Assembly (NCBI GenBank): GCA_964608055.1
Contig: CAZSMJ010000001.1
Span: forward strand, 1 to 49,427
From: an uncultured Acidimicrobiaceae bacterium
GTDB taxonomy: Bacteria > Actinomycetota > Acidimicrobiia > Spongiisociales > ZC4RG35
DNA length: 49,427 nt
Direction of reading: 5' to 3'
This document shows, piece after piece, positions 9,701 to 18,018 of this stretch. The stretch's first letter is position 1; each line of letters begins with the position of its first letter. A model generated the notes under the pieces. The model did no database searches and was not told the DNA's origin. It saw only the letters and a list, made by a program, of their open reading frames with translations. The translations under genes were made by a program, and so were the position numbers.

Positions 9701-9789
9701 CGGGCCAGCGCCGGGGCCATCTCGTCGGGGTGCTCCTCCCAAAGACGTGTGCTCGCCTCGATATCGGTGAACAGGAACGTCTGCATCAT
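6772..9789 (-). CDS. Class III adenylate/guanylate cyclase - P-loop STAND/AAA NTPase - TPR multidomain protein
   Basis: I start it at ATGATG 9789/9786, giving MMQTFLFTDIEASTRLWE...GDGMIAVF (cyclase). Then Walker A IAGPGGAGKTRLG and Walker B-like LLVLDNFEQ, followed by about 550 aa of TPR-like helices. No C-terminal LuxR HTH. The track start at 10164 overlaps the opposite-strand gene. Confidence 0.85.
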   Translation of the reverse strand: MMQTFLFTDIEASTRLWEEHPDEMAPALARHDAILIEAVDQAKGKVLKTTGDGMIAVFDSVDEAITAGIQAQETLSAEKWGPTGPLRVRMGVHSGDTENRDGDYFGPAMNRTARIMAAGHGGQVLLSGVAAGLAGGRLPPGAVLRDLGTHRLKDLTLPEHLYQLVLDDLESEFPPPITLDARPHNLPLQNTEFLGRANELAAIQVMLESPNTRLLTIAGPGGAGKTRLGLQVAAEQLDRFRDGVFFVDLSADRDPAAVFETIVRALALPVSGGGEALQILKSRLRDRQMLLVLDNFEQVTAAAVGLSELLQHAPELKIVVTSRETLRVRAEHVFPIPPLSLPHPKDPTPSIAESEAVQLFTERARAVRPEFALTDENAAVVAEICLRLDGLPLAIELAAARLNVFTPSDLLTRLRERLDILGAGGRDLPDRQRTLWGAIGWSYELLDEAERDLFELMSVFSTADFSALESVAASAFDAGFVLDSLASLVDKSLIRGDDGAGSQRFSMLLMIKEFGEERLADSDQRNEAVRLAHALYFSDFAKQLANRLQGAERESALIDLTWEIGNLRTAWRFWVDRGNLDQLLSLIDGLWALHEAKGWYHTAIELASDTLGLLEKAERTPELAAEELTLRTSLARALMAVRGYGVEVENEFKRALAIAQTAGTAAQRFPVLRALATYYMGTAEFAQGAEYGRQLLELGEREGDETILIEGHYVFGVATAFLGDLDTGLPHLDRAIELHDPRVHGSARFRLGPNTGVVARVASGLILWQCGALDRSIARLREALDLAEEIDHPYSIAYALYHNGYLALIRSRFEECVQRAKQLAEVAEENDYVVWRTLSTFLEGVSTTALGQTEEGLAMTETAIDLYQGLTTPPVFWPQILSFRGLVYALAGHPERALVLIDEAIEIGGPEDNDAPEFRVFRGDFLRMLSEPDRSGAEKAYLAAIQGANAGGLRLIELQALTRLVGLRREVGQSPDGAEELAALYATFTEGFDEHDLVMARQVLG

Positions 9790-9849
9790 CCCGGAATATA
9801 CGGAGGCGTGGTTGGGTAGATCATCTGGACCAGCGGCAGAGATGATGCA

Positions 9850-10200
9850 ATGGCTTCGTACTCGGTGAACAAGCAGGCTGTGGCGCAGGCGCGTCGGCTC
9901 ATTGATGCCCACCAGTACGTGCTCGAAAGTGACTGGGGGGAGAGCCAGCCCAGCGCAGACGACGAGAATGCCTTCTTGGAGACGCACTCGTGGGAGCAAT
10001 ATGCCGAATGGCATCTGGGGCTCACTGATGGGGCAACCGATGAGACCAAGGCCCGTTACGGCTTCGTCTATGGAGATCTCCGTCGGCTTCATCGTATGGG
10101 TCTGATCGCGTGTCAGTACCGAGCGGCGGAATGGGGGCACAAAGAAGTCGAGCTCGCAGCTCATGAGCTCCTGCAGCGTCTCGACAACACGCGGGCTTGA
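9850..10200 (+). CDS. Hypothetical protein (116 aa), no family recognised
   Basis: ATG start. Protein-like composition and GC3 bias. Divergent from the cyclase-STAND gene across a 60-bp spacer. Confidence 0.6.
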   Translation: MASYSVNKQAVAQARRLIDAHQYVLESDWGESQPSADDENAFLETHSWEQYAEWHLGLTDGATDETKARYGFVYGDLRRLHRMGLIACQYRAAEWGHKEVELAAHELLQRLDNTRA

Positions 10201-10292
10201 TCGAGTTCCGAATCCGTCAGATCACCAGCGAACCGATCTGTTGACAGCTGCGTATTAGTTGGGAACGAGTCCTCGATGCGAAGGAGAGCTCT

Positions 10293-10472
10293 ATGTGTCT
10301 GACTTGTGGATGCCTGCTGCCACATGAGGATCATGGGAAAACCGGGTATTTGACGATCGAAGACCTAGAGCGGAGCGCCGAGATCGACGGCTACACCCTC
10401 GATCAGGCGCTCCAGAATCTGGTAGCGACCGTGCAGGTCGCCAGGGCGGAAGACGGGCACGAACACCGATAG
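10293..10472 (+). CDS. Small Cys/His-rich protein (59 aa), possibly metal-binding; not in the supplied ORF track
   Basis: ATG at 10293 follows GAAGGAGAG (GGAG about 7 nt upstream). Translation: MCLTCGCLLPHEDHGKTGYLTIEDLERSAEIDGYTLDQALQNLVATVQVARAEDGHEHR. TAG at 10470-10472. Confidence 0.5.
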   Translation: MCLTCGCLLPHEDHGKTGYLTIEDLERSAEIDGYTLDQALQNLVATVQVARAEDGHEHR

Positions 10473-10527
10473 GTCGGCGCGACTGCCGCTAGCTCTCGAT
10501 TTTCACCAAACGACGGGAAGGCCAACC

Positions 10528-10914
10528 TTGACAGAACAGACCCTTTACGAACGGCTCGGCGGCGTCAACGCGATTGCGATGGTGGTTGACCGGTTCAGTG
10601 ACCAGATCGTCGAGAATCCGAAACTCAATGTGAACCCAGCGTTGAGGGAGTGGAACAAGACAGGCCAGTTGCCAGGCCTCAAGTTCATGCGGACCCTATG
10701 GATCTGCCAACAAGCCGGTGGACCTTTCGAATACACCGGCAGGGAGCTGAGCGACGCCCACGCTCTCCTCGACATCAAATCCGAGGAGTTCGACGAGGTC
10801 GGAGCCGAGATTGCCGCCGCCCTCGACTATTTCAAAGTCCCGGAGCGCGAGAAGCAAGAAGTGTTGGACGTCATCGTTGCCCACAAGCCAGAAGTAGTCG
10901 ACTCAGCCTCGTAG
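10528..10914 (+). CDS. glbN: Group I truncated haemoglobin (trHbN)
   Basis: The TLYERLGGVNAIAMVVDRF...NPAL...MRTLWICQQAGGPFEYTG...H pattern is typical of 2-on-2 globins. TTG start, with GGGAAGG about 7 nt upstream. Confidence 0.85.
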   Translation: MTEQTLYERLGGVNAIAMVVDRFSDQIVENPKLNVNPALREWNKTGQLPGLKFMRTLWICQQAGGPFEYTGRELSDAHALLDIKSEEFDEVGAEIAAALDYFKVPEREKQEVLDVIVAHKPEVVDSAS

Positions 10915-11004
10915 ATCCTGCCTTGTGTCTTGGGCCTGCTGCTGCGCGCAGCCCATGGTGGTGTCGGATTCCGCGCTCGCGGGCATACCATTCGCCAGGT
11001 GACC

Positions 11005-12276
11005 ATGACCTCTGACCCCTTCTCGGGAGCTGACGGCAGCTACGAGGAGCGGCGGGTTCGAGAGCTGCGGCTCTGGAAGCGACGTGCCAATGGGTTCCTC
11101 CTCGGCGCCTTGATCGTCTTCCTTGTCAGCCACTTCCTGGGTGACGACGGCGGCGTGAATGGCTGGGTCAGGGCGGCGTCCGAAGCGGCGCTAATCGGCG
11201 GAATTGCAGACTGGTTCGCGGTCACCGCCCTCTTCCGACACCCTCTGGGCATCCCAATCCCCCACACCGCACTCATCCCCAAAGGCAAGGACGAGATCGG
11301 GCGCGGATTGGCTGAGTTCGTCCAACAAAACTTCTTGGATCCGACCAATCTCCGGAATTGGCTCGCCAACGCCGAAGTAACACAGCGAATGGCCACTTGG
11401 CTCGACACTTCCGATCATTCGGCTCTGGCCGCGCGTCGCAGCATCGAGACCGCCGTCACCATCGCAGAGTCGATCGACGACGAACGGGTGTCCTCCTTGG
11501 TCACTCAAGCCACCCTCGACTGGATGCGACAGACTCCGGTCACCCCGCTCATCTCCCTTGTCGTTGACGCCTGGCTGAAGGACGGGCGGACCCGGGAGTC
11601 GATCGAAGCCACCCTGAAGGGAATCGAGGTGTTGCTCGTCGACAACCTGCCCTATTTCAGAGAGAGCTTCGCCCGGTCAGCGCCCTGGTGGGTTCCGTCC
11701 TGGGCGGGCGGACTCCTCTTCGAGCGGATCATCGCCTCGTTCCGGATTCTGGTCGGTGATATGGCCTCAGACCCGTCGCATCCCGTTCGATCCGATATCG
11801 ATCAGATGCTGGCGAAATTGGCCGATGACCTGCGTAACTCCGCCGATCTCGCCGATCGCATCGAAGAATCCAAGCTGCGCATTCTCGACTCACCGCAGCT
11901 CGGCGCAGCGATCCAGTCGCAGTGGCAGCTGCTCCATGAGGGCCTGAGTCGTGCGGCTAGCGAGCCCGGTTCCGAGCTCGAGCAGAGGCTGGCGGAGCTG
12001 ATCCAGTGGTGGGCGCGTCGCGTTCTCGATGACGCCCCGCTCCGAATGAGAATCGACGGGTGGATCGCTGGGTCCGTGGAGCGTCTTGCCCAGAAATGGG
12101 ACGAGGAGATAATCGGGCTGATCGAGACCACGGTGGCCGGATGGGACCCGACCGAGATATCACACCGTCTCGAGCTGCAACTAGGCCGGGATCTCCAATT
12201 CGTGCGGATCAACGGCACCGTGGTCGGAGCTCTGGTCGGTGTCGGCATCCACGCCCTGCTCCTCCTGGCCGGCTGA
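11005..12276 (+). CDS. DUF445 family membrane-associated protein
   Basis: GGIADWFAVTALFRHPLGIPIPHTALIPK signature and a C-terminal TM helix. ATG at 11005 (MTSDPF) is preferred over the track start at 10930. Confidence 0.8.
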   Translation: MTSDPFSGADGSYEERRVRELRLWKRRANGFLLGALIVFLVSHFLGDDGGVNGWVRAASEAALIGGIADWFAVTALFRHPLGIPIPHTALIPKGKDEIGRGLAEFVQQNFLDPTNLRNWLANAEVTQRMATWLDTSDHSALAARRSIETAVTIAESIDDERVSSLVTQATLDWMRQTPVTPLISLVVDAWLKDGRTRESIEATLKGIEVLLVDNLPYFRESFARSAPWWVPSWAGGLLFERIIASFRILVGDMASDPSHPVRSDIDQMLAKLADDLRNSADLADRIEESKLRILDSPQLGAAIQSQWQLLHEGLSRAASEPGSELEQRLAELIQWWARRVLDDAPLRMRIDGWIAGSVERLAQKWDEEIIGLIETTVAGWDPTEISHRLELQLGRDLQFVRINGTVVGALVGVGIHALLLLAG

Positions 12277-12310
12277 GCGAATGAGTCGGCCGAAGCGGCT
12301 GACCGGTCAG

Positions 12311-12676
12311 TCAGTCGGTTGGTTCGAGGAGGAGGGTGGTACCCAGGACTTCGAGACGAAGCATCGCGTCGAGGGAACGGCCAGGGGAGTATTTGCGTCG
12401 CAAACCCTCGGAGACGCGGTCGACGGACTCCGGGTCGTTTGCGCCTTTGGCCGTGAACTGGAACCGTTCTTTTCCGACTCCGAGGGTCACCTCGGGCTCG
12501 GCGAGAGCTCGCTGATACCACCGGCCTGCTTCTCCGCGAACCGAGCGCACGAACACATCCTCACCATCGACGACGACCCAGATCACGGTTCGGAAGACAC
12601 GGCCGCCCGACCGGGTCTCGATCACCACTTCCTTCGCCCTCGCGATCGCCTCCAGTTCCTCGATGCTCAGTGACAC
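12311..12676 (-). CDS. DUF2255-like protein
   Basis: The IETR..G....VIWVVVDGEDVFVRSVRG..GRWYQ pattern resembles DUF2255 / split-barrel-like proteins. Confidence 0.6.
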   Translation of the reverse strand: MSLSIEELEAIARAKEVVIETRSGGRVFRTVIWVVVDGEDVFVRSVRGEAGRWYQRALAEPEVTLGVGKERFQFTAKGANDPESVDRVSEGLRRKYSPGRSLDAMLRLEVLGTTLLLEPTD

Positions 12677-12888
12677 GATCGAGGAACGCTAACCGCGTTC
12701 TTCGTATCAGACCTCCGCGGCTGCCTGGAGAGGCGGTAACTAGGCTCGACTGATCGGTCTGAAGGACGAACGAGTGCCAAGCGCCTCGACCACAATGGAG
12801 TCCGGTTTCTTCACACATGGGAGGGAACGCCCCATCATGCGCTGGCGATCCGAGTGACAACTACCACGTAGCAAACGAGGAATTTCTG

Positions 12889-13785
12889 ATGATCTATGCC
12901 GCCATCATCTTGACCGTCGCCGGGCTGTTCATGTGGATCAGGAGATGGCCTGATCCGGAGATAGACAGACTCTTCAGAAGAATCGGAAAAGTTGGGGTCG
13001 TCGTTGGCCCGATTCTGGTTCTGGCCTCGACGCTGACGATCGTCGCCCCAGGCGAGGTGGCCGTCCCGGTGCTCTTCGGTGCGGCCCAGCCACCTCTAGA
13101 AGAGGGGTTCCATCTGCGGAATCCGTTCGCCTCGGTGCGGGCCCTGTCGGTTCGAACTCAGGAGTCGACTTATTCGGACACTCTCGGTGAAGGCGAAGCG
13201 GCCGATCGAGCGGATGCGATCACTGCGGTGTCACTGGAGAATGCGTCGGTAAGGGTCGAGATCACCATTCTGTGGCATCTGGTCGGATCGGAAGCATCGA
13301 AGGTCTACCGAGCGCTTGGCACCGGCTACCGGGATGTGATTGTGCGCCCCGTATCTCGATCAGCGGTCCGCGACTGCATTTCCAAATATCGATTCGAGTT
13401 GGCCCGCACCTCGCAACGCCCTGATGTTGAACGCTGCATCGAAGAGTCGCTAACCGGAGAATTCGTACCTCGTGGTCTGGCAGTCGATGGAGTCCAGTTG
13501 CGCGATATCGCGGCCACGCCAGAATTGCAGGCGTCGATCGAGGCCAAACTGCAAGCCGAACAGGACGCCCAGCGAGCTCAGTTCCAGCAGGATCAAGCCC
13601 GCATCGATGCCGAAACCAGGGTCATCACCGCAGGTGCGGAAGCGGAAGCCAACCAACTTGTCGCCGAGTCGCTGACCCCGGATCTCCTCCAACTGAGGAT
13701 TGTGGAGGCCTTGTCCGACAAGGCGATTGTCTATCTCCTCGGGAGCGGAAGCCCTACACCTGTGATCCCCTTGCCCACCCCGTAA
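12889..13785 (+). CDS. SPFH/Band 7 (prohibitin/HflC-like) membrane protein
   Basis: ATG at 12889 with ACGAGGA upstream. N-terminal TM helix (MIYAAIILTVAGLF). SPFH core followed by a coiled-coil tail (QASIEAKLQAEQDAQRAQFQQDQARIDAE). Confidence 0.8.
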   Translation: MIYAAIILTVAGLFMWIRRWPDPEIDRLFRRIGKVGVVVGPILVLASTLTIVAPGEVAVPVLFGAAQPPLEEGFHLRNPFASVRALSVRTQESTYSDTLGEGEAADRADAITAVSLENASVRVEITILWHLVGSEASKVYRALGTGYRDVIVRPVSRSAVRDCISKYRFELARTSQRPDVERCIEESLTGEFVPRGLAVDGVQLRDIAATPELQASIEAKLQAEQDAQRAQFQQDQARIDAETRVITAGAEAEANQLVAESLTPDLLQLRIVEALSDKAIVYLLGSGSPTPVIPLPTP

Positions 13786-13891
13786 GACCACCAGTGTCCT
13801 CGTTCACCCCAGCGATCCGGTCAGGGTTCCGGTTGCTCACTGTTGCCCGGTCCGCTCGAATCTGTCCCCAGGCAACCGTAGCCTCTGTTAA

Positions 13892-16669
13892 GTGACAGCA
13901 CCCGGCCCACTCGAGCTCGGTCGCTCGGTGGTGGTGGGCCCTCGGGCGCCCTCCCCCGCGGGATGGGTGGATGCTGATCGGATAGGTATCGACTCGGTCC
14001 TGTTGGCAGATCCGGAGCGGCTGGCCGCGACTGTCAACGACGCCCAACGTCGTTACGTGACGAGGACTCCCACCGTGTTCGTGTTGGACGTCGCTTCCCA
14101 CGAGCTGGCGAATGTCGAGACGACTGACGCCGCCCCGTACCTGCTGGGTGGGAGGTTCACGTTTCTCCGTGAGCGGCTGATCAAGGCGATCTGGCACAAC
14201 TCCTATGACGCACGAACCGATTCGCTGGTCTGGTGGTGGGGGCACAAGGCGGCGGCTCGTCTCGATGTCACTGTCGGCGGATCCGCCGATGTGGTGAAGA
14301 CCGACGGCACCTCGGTATGGATCGACGGCGGCCCCCGGCAGCCACTCGACCTCGACGTGGCTGTAGTCAATCACGAGACGGTGGACCTGGGGCGAGACAC
14401 TCCGGTCCCGCCGTTCAAGGCTCCCTCGTTCGATCTGGCACCGGATCAGTTGGAGGCTGTGTCGCATCTGGTCGGCCCGGCCCGGATCATCGCCCCGGCC
14501 GGGTCGGGCAAAACCCGGGTGCTGACCGCCCGGGTCCGTCATCTGATCGAGGACCGGGGGATCGAGCCGGAGTTGGTCACCGCCCTCGCCTACAACCGGC
14601 GGGCGGCTGGGGAGATGGTCGAACGGCTTCCCAACGGGAAACGTCTCAATGTGCGCACCATCCACTCTCTGGGTTGGGAGATCCTGCGCATGGCCAAACC
14701 TGGTCTTCGACTCATCGACGAGCGAGAGCAGCGACGTCGACTGGAGCCGATCACCACCGCCCCGCCGCGGGCCAACATCGACGTCATCGGCCCCTATCTG
14801 GAAGCGCTCGACGAGGTGCGGAACGGACTCCGTGATCCCGACCATGTCGAGGCTGAACGTGACGACGTCCCCGGATTCGCCGAGACCTTCCGCCGCTATC
14901 GGGAGCGGTTGGAACGTGATGGTGAGGCGGATCATGGCGAACAGATCTACGGTGCGATCGAGTCCTTGTGCCGGCTGCCCGACCTCCGGGCCTATTGGCA
15001 GACCCAGTGTCGGCACCTCCTCGTCGATGAGTTCCAGGACCTGACCCCGTCCTACCTGCTCCTGATTCGGCTGGTAGCGGGGCCTGGGATGAACGTGTTC
15101 GGGGTGGGTGACGACGATCAGGTGATCTACGGGTATGCCGGTGCCGACCCTGGATTCCTCATCGACTTCGAGGTCCTGTTCCCCGGGGCAGCGCTCCATG
15201 CCCTCGAGGTCAACTACCGCTGCCCAGCCGACGTGGTGGAGGGCGCCGCCACCCTGCTCGGCTACAACCGGCGTCGGGTGGAGAAGACGATTCGAAGCGT
15301 CGTCGAGGGCCACGGCCTCGAAGTGGTCCGGGCGCCCGGGAACCGGCTCGGGGTGGTCACCGCCGATCGCATCGCCGCTCTGATCGACGAAGGGGTGGGG
15401 CCCAACTCGATCGCGGTCCTGTCCCGGGTCAATTCCAGCTTGTTGCCGGTACACGTCGCTCTCTCTTCGCGTGGGATGCCGTTCCAAAGCCCCCTGTCGG
15501 TGAGCATTCTCGACCGCACCGTGCTTCGGGCTGCATTTGCCTGGGTCCGGATCGCAGTCGATTCGGATCGCATGAGCCGGAACGACCTCTTCGAGGCCAT
15601 CCGACGTCCCGGTCGGGGAATCACCCGCCTTTTCGGGGAATTGGTCGGACGACGCCGTGGACCCTTCTCGCTGGAGGATGTGATCGGATTTGGTCGAGGG
15701 CTCGATGGGCGACGAGCCGACCGATGGGACGAGTTCGGTGAGGACATCCTGACCGCATCGCAGGCCACAACCTCCACTCCGCTTCTCCTCGACGTATTGA
15801 CCACCGAAATCGGTCTAGATCGGGCGGCGGCCGCTCTCGACGCGGGACGCACCCGGGCCGATCGTGCAGCCCAGAGTGATGATCTGACCGCCCTGCGTCG
15901 GGCGGCGGCATTGGGTCCGGGGCCGGCCGAGTTCGAATCCTGGCTTCGCAACCGGCTGGATGAACGGACCTCACCTGAGGGCGTCACCCTATCCACGGTG
16001 CACCGGGTCAAAGGCCTGGAATGGGACCACGTCTTGGTGTTCGGCGCCGACCGTGGATCGATGCCCCATGAACTGTCGGACGACATCGAGGAGGAACGCC
16101 GGGTGTTCCACGTGGCCATGACCCGGGGTCGTCGCACGGTGACGATCCTCGCCGATGTGGAGCGGCCGTCTCGGTTCCTCGCCGAGCTCGAAGGAACCGC
16201 CCCTGTCGAGGTGGAACTCCCAGCGATGCGGCCCGACCTGAAGTCAGCTCGCATCCCTCCCGACGGCTTGTTCGTCATCGTGGGTGATGAGATCACCCTG
16301 AGCGGTGGCTATCAGGGGACGGTCGACGAGATCCTTACTACCGGGGTGCTGGTCAAGATGGCCGATCAAGGGGCGATCATTGCTGTGCCCTGGGGGGAGC
16401 AGGTAATCAAGGCCGGCTCCCTCGGGCGGCTCACGCCGGGTGGCGCCACCGCCGATCCCGAGATCGTAGAACGACTGAGGACATGGCGGTTGGATCAGGC
16501 CCGGTCCCAGGGGGTGCCGGCCTTTGTGGTGTTTAACGACCGGACCCTGGACGCCATCGCCACGTTGCGCCCGTCAACCGAGACGGGGTTGCTCGAGGTC
16601 CCGGGGATCGGTCCCGCCAAACTCGACGCCTACGGCGACCAGTTGTTGGACCTGCTTTCCCGGTATTGA
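13892..16669 (+). CDS. UvrD/Rep/PcrA-family SF1 DNA helicase with an uncharacterised ~190-aa N-terminal region and a C-terminal HRDC domain
   Basis: Walker A APAGSGKTRVL. Motif II DEFQDLT. GDDDQVIYGYAG, VNYRC, TVHRVKGLEWDHV and VAMTRGR also present. The C-terminus RLRTWRLDQARSQGVPAFVVFNDRTLDAIA...PGIGPAKLDAYG is HRDC-like. Confidence 0.85.
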   Translation: MTAPGPLELGRSVVVGPRAPSPAGWVDADRIGIDSVLLADPERLAATVNDAQRRYVTRTPTVFVLDVASHELANVETTDAAPYLLGGRFTFLRERLIKAIWHNSYDARTDSLVWWWGHKAAARLDVTVGGSADVVKTDGTSVWIDGGPRQPLDLDVAVVNHETVDLGRDTPVPPFKAPSFDLAPDQLEAVSHLVGPARIIAPAGSGKTRVLTARVRHLIEDRGIEPELVTALAYNRRAAGEMVERLPNGKRLNVRTIHSLGWEILRMAKPGLRLIDEREQRRRLEPITTAPPRANIDVIGPYLEALDEVRNGLRDPDHVEAERDDVPGFAETFRRYRERLERDGEADHGEQIYGAIESLCRLPDLRAYWQTQCRHLLVDEFQDLTPSYLLLIRLVAGPGMNVFGVGDDDQVIYGYAGADPGFLIDFEVLFPGAALHALEVNYRCPADVVEGAATLLGYNRRRVEKTIRSVVEGHGLEVVRAPGNRLGVVTADRIAALIDEGVGPNSIAVLSRVNSSLLPVHVALSSRGMPFQSPLSVSILDRTVLRAAFAWVRIAVDSDRMSRNDLFEAIRRPGRGITRLFGELVGRRRGPFSLEDVIGFGRGLDGRRADRWDEFGEDILTASQATTSTPLLLDVLTTEIGLDRAAAALDAGRTRADRAAQSDDLTALRRAAALGPGPAEFESWLRNRLDERTSPEGVTLSTVHRVKGLEWDHVLVFGADRGSMPHELSDDIEEERRVFHVAMTRGRRTVTILADVERPSRFLAELEGTAPVEVELPAMRPDLKSARIPPDGLFVIVGDEITLSGGYQGTVDEILTTGVLVKMADQGAIIAVPWGEQVIKAGSLGRLTPGGATADPEIVERLRTWRLDQARSQGVPAFVVFNDRTLDAIATLRPSTETGLLEVPGIGPAKLDAYGDQLLDLLSRY

Positions 16670-16696
16670 GTTCCGGCGGGACCTCGGGATCGTTTG

Positions 16697-17887
16697 CTAC
16701 TCCGGGAGCATTGGCACTGTCAGACCTTGGTCTTTGCCGAGCAGCACCGCCCGGGTGATTGCGGATGACCCGAATCGGTCATGCACATCGTCGAGGGCGT
16801 CATCCAGGGCACTGCCGATTTGGCGATCGAACGGAAGCTCGAGTTGGACCGCATCGTCGTCATCGAGGTTGGCCATCGCGATCCCGATCAGGGTGAGACC
16901 GCGGGTCTCCACCATCGGCATCGCCTCTGCGAGGAGGGCTCGGAGTGCGAGGAGAATGGTCTGGGTGTGAGCAGTGGCACGGGCGAAGGTATGTGACCGG
17001 GTCGCCCGCGAGAAGTCGTCGAAGCGCAGTCGAAGCACAACCGTCCGGCTCACTCGACCTGCATTCCGCAGTCGACGGCTAACCCGTTCGACCAAACCGA
17101 TCAGGATGGCGTCCAGATCCTCAGGAGATCTCGGCGTACGGCCAAGCGCCCGCTGCGAGCCGATCGAGCGTCGTCGGCGGCCCACCTGCAGCGGCCGAGG
17201 ATCAAGGTTGTGGGACAGGGCGTGAAGATGTCGGCCCGAGGCTCGGCCCAACATCGCCACCAACGCGGGCTGGGCTAGTTGGGCGACTTCACCGACGGAG
17301 TAGATCCCCCGGTCGTGCAGCTTGGCGGCAGTGACCTTCCCCACGCCCCAGACCCGTTCCACTGGGAGCGGATGCAGAAAATCCAGCTCTCTCTCCGGCG
17401 GCACCACCAGGAGCCCATTGGGTTTGGCCACTCCGCTGGCCACCTTGGCCAAGAATTTGGTGCGGGCGACCCCCACGGTGATCGGCAGACCGACATCTTC
17501 GAGCACCTGTCGGCGCAGCCGTCTTGCGATCTCGGTGGGGGAGCCTGAGAGCCGTTTCAGACCGCCCACATCGAGGAAGGCTTCGTCGATCGAAATCCCT
17601 TCCACCAGCGGAGTGGTGTCGTTGAACACCTCGAACACCGCCCTGCTCGCCTCGGAGTAGGCCGAGATTCTCGGGTCGACGACAATTGCCATCGGGCAGA
17701 GCCGGCGAGCCAGCCCGCCTCCCATTGCGGTCCGAACTCCATAGGCCCGCGCCTCATAGCTTGCGGCCAGCACCACTCCCGACCCGACGATCACCGGGCG
17801 CGAGCGCAGTCGGGGATCGTCACGCTGCTCGACCGACGCATAGAAGGCATCGAGATCGGCATGGAGGATCGATGCCTCTTCTCGCAT
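16697..17887 (-). CDS. dinB: DNA polymerase IV (Y-family translesion polymerase)
   Basis: MREEASILHADLDAFYASVEQRDDP is the canonical DinB N-terminus, and SIDEAFLDV is also present. ATG at 17887. The upstream track start at 17923 would place the LexA box inside the CDS. Confidence 0.9.
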   Translation of the reverse strand: MREEASILHADLDAFYASVEQRDDPRLRSRPVIVGSGVVLAASYEARAYGVRTAMGGGLARRLCPMAIVVDPRISAYSEASRAVFEVFNDTTPLVEGISIDEAFLDVGGLKRLSGSPTEIARRLRRQVLEDVGLPITVGVARTKFLAKVASGVAKPNGLLVVPPERELDFLHPLPVERVWGVGKVTAAKLHDRGIYSVGEVAQLAQPALVAMLGRASGRHLHALSHNLDPRPLQVGRRRRSIGSQRALGRTPRSPEDLDAILIGLVERVSRRLRNAGRVSRTVVLRLRFDDFSRATRSHTFARATAHTQTILLALRALLAEAMPMVETRGLTLIGIAMANLDDDDAVQLELPFDRQIGSALDDALDDVHDRFGSSAITRAVLLGKDQGLTVPMLPE

Positions 17888-17901
17888 CGAACATATGTTC
17901 G
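17888..17901. promoter_or_regulatory. LexA SOS box (perfect palindrome CGAACATATGTTCG)
   Basis: The 14-bp perfect palindrome matches the Gram-positive/actinobacterial consensus (T)CGAAC-N4-GTTCG. It sits immediately upstream of the dinB ATG, in the dinB / LigD-Pol divergent spacer. Confidence 0.75.
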
Positions 17902-18018
17902 CTGACGGGAACACCGAGCACAAGGGGCTTGGCCGCCGCGGGGGAGGCGGCCAGCGCCCGATCCCCTGGTCAGAAATCCATGAAGGGAGAACCTTCAGGG
18001 AATTCGTAAGCTGAGGTC

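Noticed and set aside
9790-10164. 125-codon N-terminal extension of the cyclase-STAND ORF.
   Set aside because: It has no domain-like sequence. It overlaps the opposite-strand 116-aa gene. The cyclase domain begins right at the internal ATGATG (9789).
10241-10275. TTGACA hexamer upstream of the mini-protein ORF, as a possible -35.
   Set aside because: There is no acceptable -10 (TANNNT) at 16-19 nt spacing, so I do not call a promoter.
13754-15487. 577-aa ORF on the minus strand. Similar long ORFs exist, e.g. 2624-3655(-), 15262-16296(-), 23045-23905(-), 28026-28985(-), 30984-32222(-), 37723-38412(+) and 47626-48417(-).
   Set aside because: All are antisense or out of frame relative to genes with strong family signatures. 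They are Arg/Gly/Pro-rich with low complexity, which is typical of stop-codon-poor frames in high-GC DNA.
15931-15940. GTTCGAATCC, which resembles a tRNA T-arm/T-loop.
   Set aside because: It lies inside the uninterrupted helicase CDS. No acceptor or anticodon stem can be drawn around it.
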